DNA from: an uncultured bacterium
GTDB lineage: Bacteria > Acidobacteriota > HRBIN11 > JAKEFK01
DNA: 64,000 nucleotides
Assembly (NCBI GenBank): GCA_963777505.1
Contig: CAVZQN010000001.1
Coordinates: 128,001 to 192,000, forward strand
Reading direction: 5' to 3'
Part shown: positions 61,219-64,000 of the stretch, piece after piece
How the letters are laid out: each line of letters opens with the position of its first letter
Numbering within the stretch: the stretch's first letter is position 1
Notes under the pieces: model-generated
The model's input: the letters and a program-made list of their open reading frames with translations, nothing else
Told to the model about the DNA's origin: nothing
The model's database searches: none
Position numbers and translations under genes: made by a program

Positions 61219-64000
61219 CTATCGTTTGCCGATTAGAACGAAGGGAGCCCAATAATATGGATGGCTGTATTTGTTGCTTTGAATCATTTCGAGACGCGCT
61301 GCACGTAACGCTGCAGCTTTATTCAAATCCTTAGTCTCCAAATTTCTATAAAAACTTGTCATCAGATCTGCAGTTGATCGGTCATAAACATCCCACAAAC
61401 TTACGATCACACTTGGAGTTCCTGCGCATAAGAAAGCTCTGGAGATTCCTGTAATCCCTTCACCGCGAATTTCTTTACCCAATCCAGATTTGCACGCAGA
61501 TAACACCACAAGATCTGCATTCAATTTAAGATCAAACACCTCACGCATTGTAAGAAAACCATCTTCGCCCTGGTTATCTCCTGTCAATACAAGAGCTGAA
61601 AATTGAGGCTTTTCTTCATCGATCAAACCATGGCTCGCGAAATGAAGTCTCCGGTAATCCTGAAGAGCCATCTTTTTCAGATTGGCTTCGCTTGCTTCAA
61701 TTCCCATTGCTACTGTGACTTCATCTTTTTCAAACAATCTCGCAATTCCTTCAACTTCTTCTCGCGCGTGCGGCAATGGTGTTAAAGTTCCAGCCCAACT
61801 TCGAACGTTTTTAGCCTCCTGAGATGTGCTTCGAACGCCTTTTAATACAGGGTCTGCAAATGCAAGGAGTTGTTTTTGTGCTGGAACAGTGTTGTCACCA
61901 TTTTTTCCGATCGATGCAAGCACAGATATAGAAGGGACATAATCAATTTCGAAATCTCGGGCCATATAAGGAAGCTTTGAAAAAACAATTCCAGCTGGCT
62001 TAACCTTTTGAGTGAGCAGAGCTTCGAAAGGCAAATAACTTAATGCTCCATCTGGAGCGATCACTATGCGCAGCTTTTTCTGCAAAATTGATTCTGCGGG
62101 CTTGATAGTTTCAGAATAAAGAGCATACGCAAGATTCACATACCTGGTGTATGTATTTTCTGACGCCTGATACACTGCGTCAGGTTTCATAATCACATCA
62201 CGCAGTTCGTTTACAAGTTTTGCAATCTCTTTTTCACTTTTAAGATTAAAAACATTGACATTTTCGCGTGATGCGACAAAAAGCAGTGATTCGGTGGTGC
62301 CAAGGAAATATTCAAACAATAAAGTTTGATCATCGAGAAGCGCTTGTGCTTCAGCAAGTTTCAAAGGCTGCGGATATTGAACTTCTGCATACATCGGATT
62401 CTTGATTCGGATCTCTTGAATCAAATCCGCATATTGCTTTTCTAACTGATTCTGTTTGTTCTTGATCTGATTTATTTTGGAAGTCTCCGGATTTTCCTTA
62501 CTCTTTTCATCCTGAAGATTTTTTTGACTCTTCATGATCTCCGCAAGGATCTTTTTCCTGCTTTCCTTGAGATCAGGATTGAGGCCGCTATCTGAATCGA
62601 CTTGTGCTTCTGCTAGCATGTCCAGAAATGATCGGGCTTTGGATCTCTGAACATACTCAAATGCTTCCGGAATTCTGTTGAGCTGAACCAGCAAAGGTAT
62701 TGTCTCTTCGTAAACATGAAGCCTGTCCTGCAAATAACCCGCTCTTAGTTCAACGTCTTCCACAGTTGTCCGCATTTTTTCAATTTCGTGTGTCGATTCC
62801 TCAAGGAGAGATAACGCTTCTTCGGATCGGCCTGCGCGTTTGTAAACAAGTCCTTTTTCATACAAAGACTGCCAGAGCGTATTAGCTTGATCTGCTTCTC
62901 TTGCAAGATCAATCGATTTAGATAATGCTTTTTCGGCTTCATCCAGTTGATTTAAACTGTGATAGGCCATACCAATCATTCTGTAATTTTCAGATAAATT
63001 CCAATCTGCTTTGATCGATTCGACAATTTCCAATGAAGAATAAAATTCTTTTAGTGCATCATCGTGTCGATTCATATTGGAGTAAGAGTACCCTATACTT
63101 TCGTGCATTTTGGCAATTCCTCTTTGTTCATCCATTTCCTTGTATAAAACAAATGCTTTTTTATAGTATTCAATTGCCAACTGATACTTTCCATAGTGGT
63201 CATTCACATGTCCGATCGCGGCAAGTGCATAGGCTTCTGCCCTTTTTTCGCCGATCTCTTTTGCAATGTCTAAAGCACTTTTGAAATATTCAAGCGCGCG
63301 GTCCCAATCTCCAGAAAATTTAGTAAGCTTTCCCAGACCTTCGTAGCAAACTCCCATGAGCCCCTTATCACCCATTTCCTTTGCCTGAGATAAAGACTCC
63401 TGGAAACTATTGAGTGCTTTCTCATACTCTCCTTGTTCCATCAGCATCAGTGCGGAATTGTAATAGTTCGTTGCGATCGATGCTTTGTTTGCTGTCTTCG
63501 TCGCAAAAGCCAATGACTGTTTGGTATGCTCCAGCGCAAGATCCATGTCGCCTTTATTCCAATAAACAAGCCCCATATTTCCATGGACACGACCTTGACC
63601 TGGGATGTTTCCAAGTTCTTGAAATATCCCTAATGCCTTTTGATATTTTTCGGTTGCCAAATCCAAATCACCTTTCTTCCAATAAGTCGAACCTAGAGTT
63701 GAAAGACTATTGGCTAATCCCTCCCTGTCATTGATCTCTTCACAAATTTCGATTGATCGTCCGGAAAAATCTAAAGCCTTTTCATAATCTCCTTGATAAT
63801 CATGAACGATCCCTAAGTTTCTGAACGCAAGAGCCACACCTTTCTTGTTCCCAATTTCTTTAAAAATCACAAGAGATTTTTCGGAAAGCGAAATCGATTT
63901 TTCGTAGCTGCCTTGCCGCCAGTAAATGTTCGCAATTAACGCTAAATCATGAGCAATTGATTCTTTGTCTTCAAATTTCTCATGCAATTGCAAACTGTGA
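61219..64000 (-). CDS. TPR-repeat protein with C-terminal CHAT (caspase-like) domain, 5'-truncated
   Basis: Tandem TPRs; PDG.L..LPFEAL, HFASHG, LVVLSAC.SG, SLW.V.D, HPYYWAPF; frame open to window end. Confidence 0.93.
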   Translation of the reverse strand, partial: HSLQLHEKFEDKESIAHDLALIANIYWRQGSYEKSISLSEKSLVIFKEIGNKKGVALAFRNLGIVHDYQGDYEKALDFSGRSIEICEEINDREGLANSLSTLGSTYWKKGDLDLATEKYQKALGIFQELGNIPGQGRVHGNMGLVYWNKGDMDLALEHTKQSLAFATKTANKASIATNYYNSALMLMEQGEYEKALNSFQESLSQAKEMGDKGLMGVCYEGLGKLTKFSGDWDRALEYFKSALDIAKEIGEKRAEAYALAAIGHVNDHYGKYQLAIEYYKKAFVLYKEMDEQRGIAKMHESIGYSYSNMNRHDDALKEFYSSLEIVESIKADWNLSENYRMIGMAYHSLNQLDEAEKALSKSIDLAREADQANTLWQSLYEKGLVYKRAGRSEEALSLLEESTHEIEKMRTTVEDVELRAGYLQDRLHVYEETIPLLVQLNRIPEAFEYVQRSKARSFLDMLAEAQVDSDSGLNPDLKESRKKILAEIMKSQKNLQDEKSKENPETSKINQIKNKQNQLEKQYADLIQEIRIKNPMYAEVQYPQPLKLAEAQALLDDQTLLFEYFLGTTESLLFVASRENVNVFNLKSEKEIAKLVNELRDVIMKPDAVYQASENTYTRYVNLAYALYSETIKPAESILQKKLRIVIAPDGALSYLPFEALLTQKVKPAGIVFSKLPYMARDFEIDYVPSISVLASIGKNGDNTVPAQKQLLAFADPVLKGVRSTSQEAKNVRSWAGTLTPLPHAREEVEGIARLFEKDEVTVAMGIEASEANLKKMALQDYRRLHFASHGLIDEEKPQFSALVLTGDNQGEDGFLTMREVFDLKLNADLVVLSACKSGLGKEIRGEGITGISRAFLCAGTPSVIVSLWDVYDRSTADLMTSFYRNLETKDLNKAAALRAARLEMIQSNKYSHPYYWAPFVLIGKR

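Overview
Bacterial window of moderate GC content with many single-base indels, probably long-read assembly errors. The core (~11.2-52.0 kb) is a Wzx/Wzy-type surface polysaccharide locus. It has Wzc, Wza, a priming sugar transferase, a flippase, two Wzy/O-antigen-ligase-like proteins, eight GT4-like, one GT2 and one GT-C glycosyltransferase, an acyltransferase, AsnB and an outer-membrane barrel. Inserted between wzc and wza are (i) two tandem C25 (gingipain/PorU-like) proteins with diverged N-terminal passenger domains and (ii) a RiPP cassette: PqqD/RRE, radical SAM/SPASM enzyme, a 56-aa Cys/Ser-rich precursor with a KPYVKPE leader and C-terminal Ser, a methyltransferase, an HPr-kinase-like protein and an S26 peptidase whose stop overlaps the wza start. 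A nucleotidyltransferase lies just downstream. The best candidate novel system is this combined RiPP + C25 + exopolysaccharide locus, possibly a peptide/protein-to-glycan anchoring pathway (inference). The flanks hold secreted hydrolases, a LytS/LytTR pair, a vanadium haloperoxidase, a caspase-fold-like protein behind a sigma28-like promoter, a TPR-CHAT protein, sigma54 promoter motifs and several REP-like palindrome families, one inserted in-frame in a signal peptide. No rRNA, tRNA, CRISPR array or transposase was recognised.
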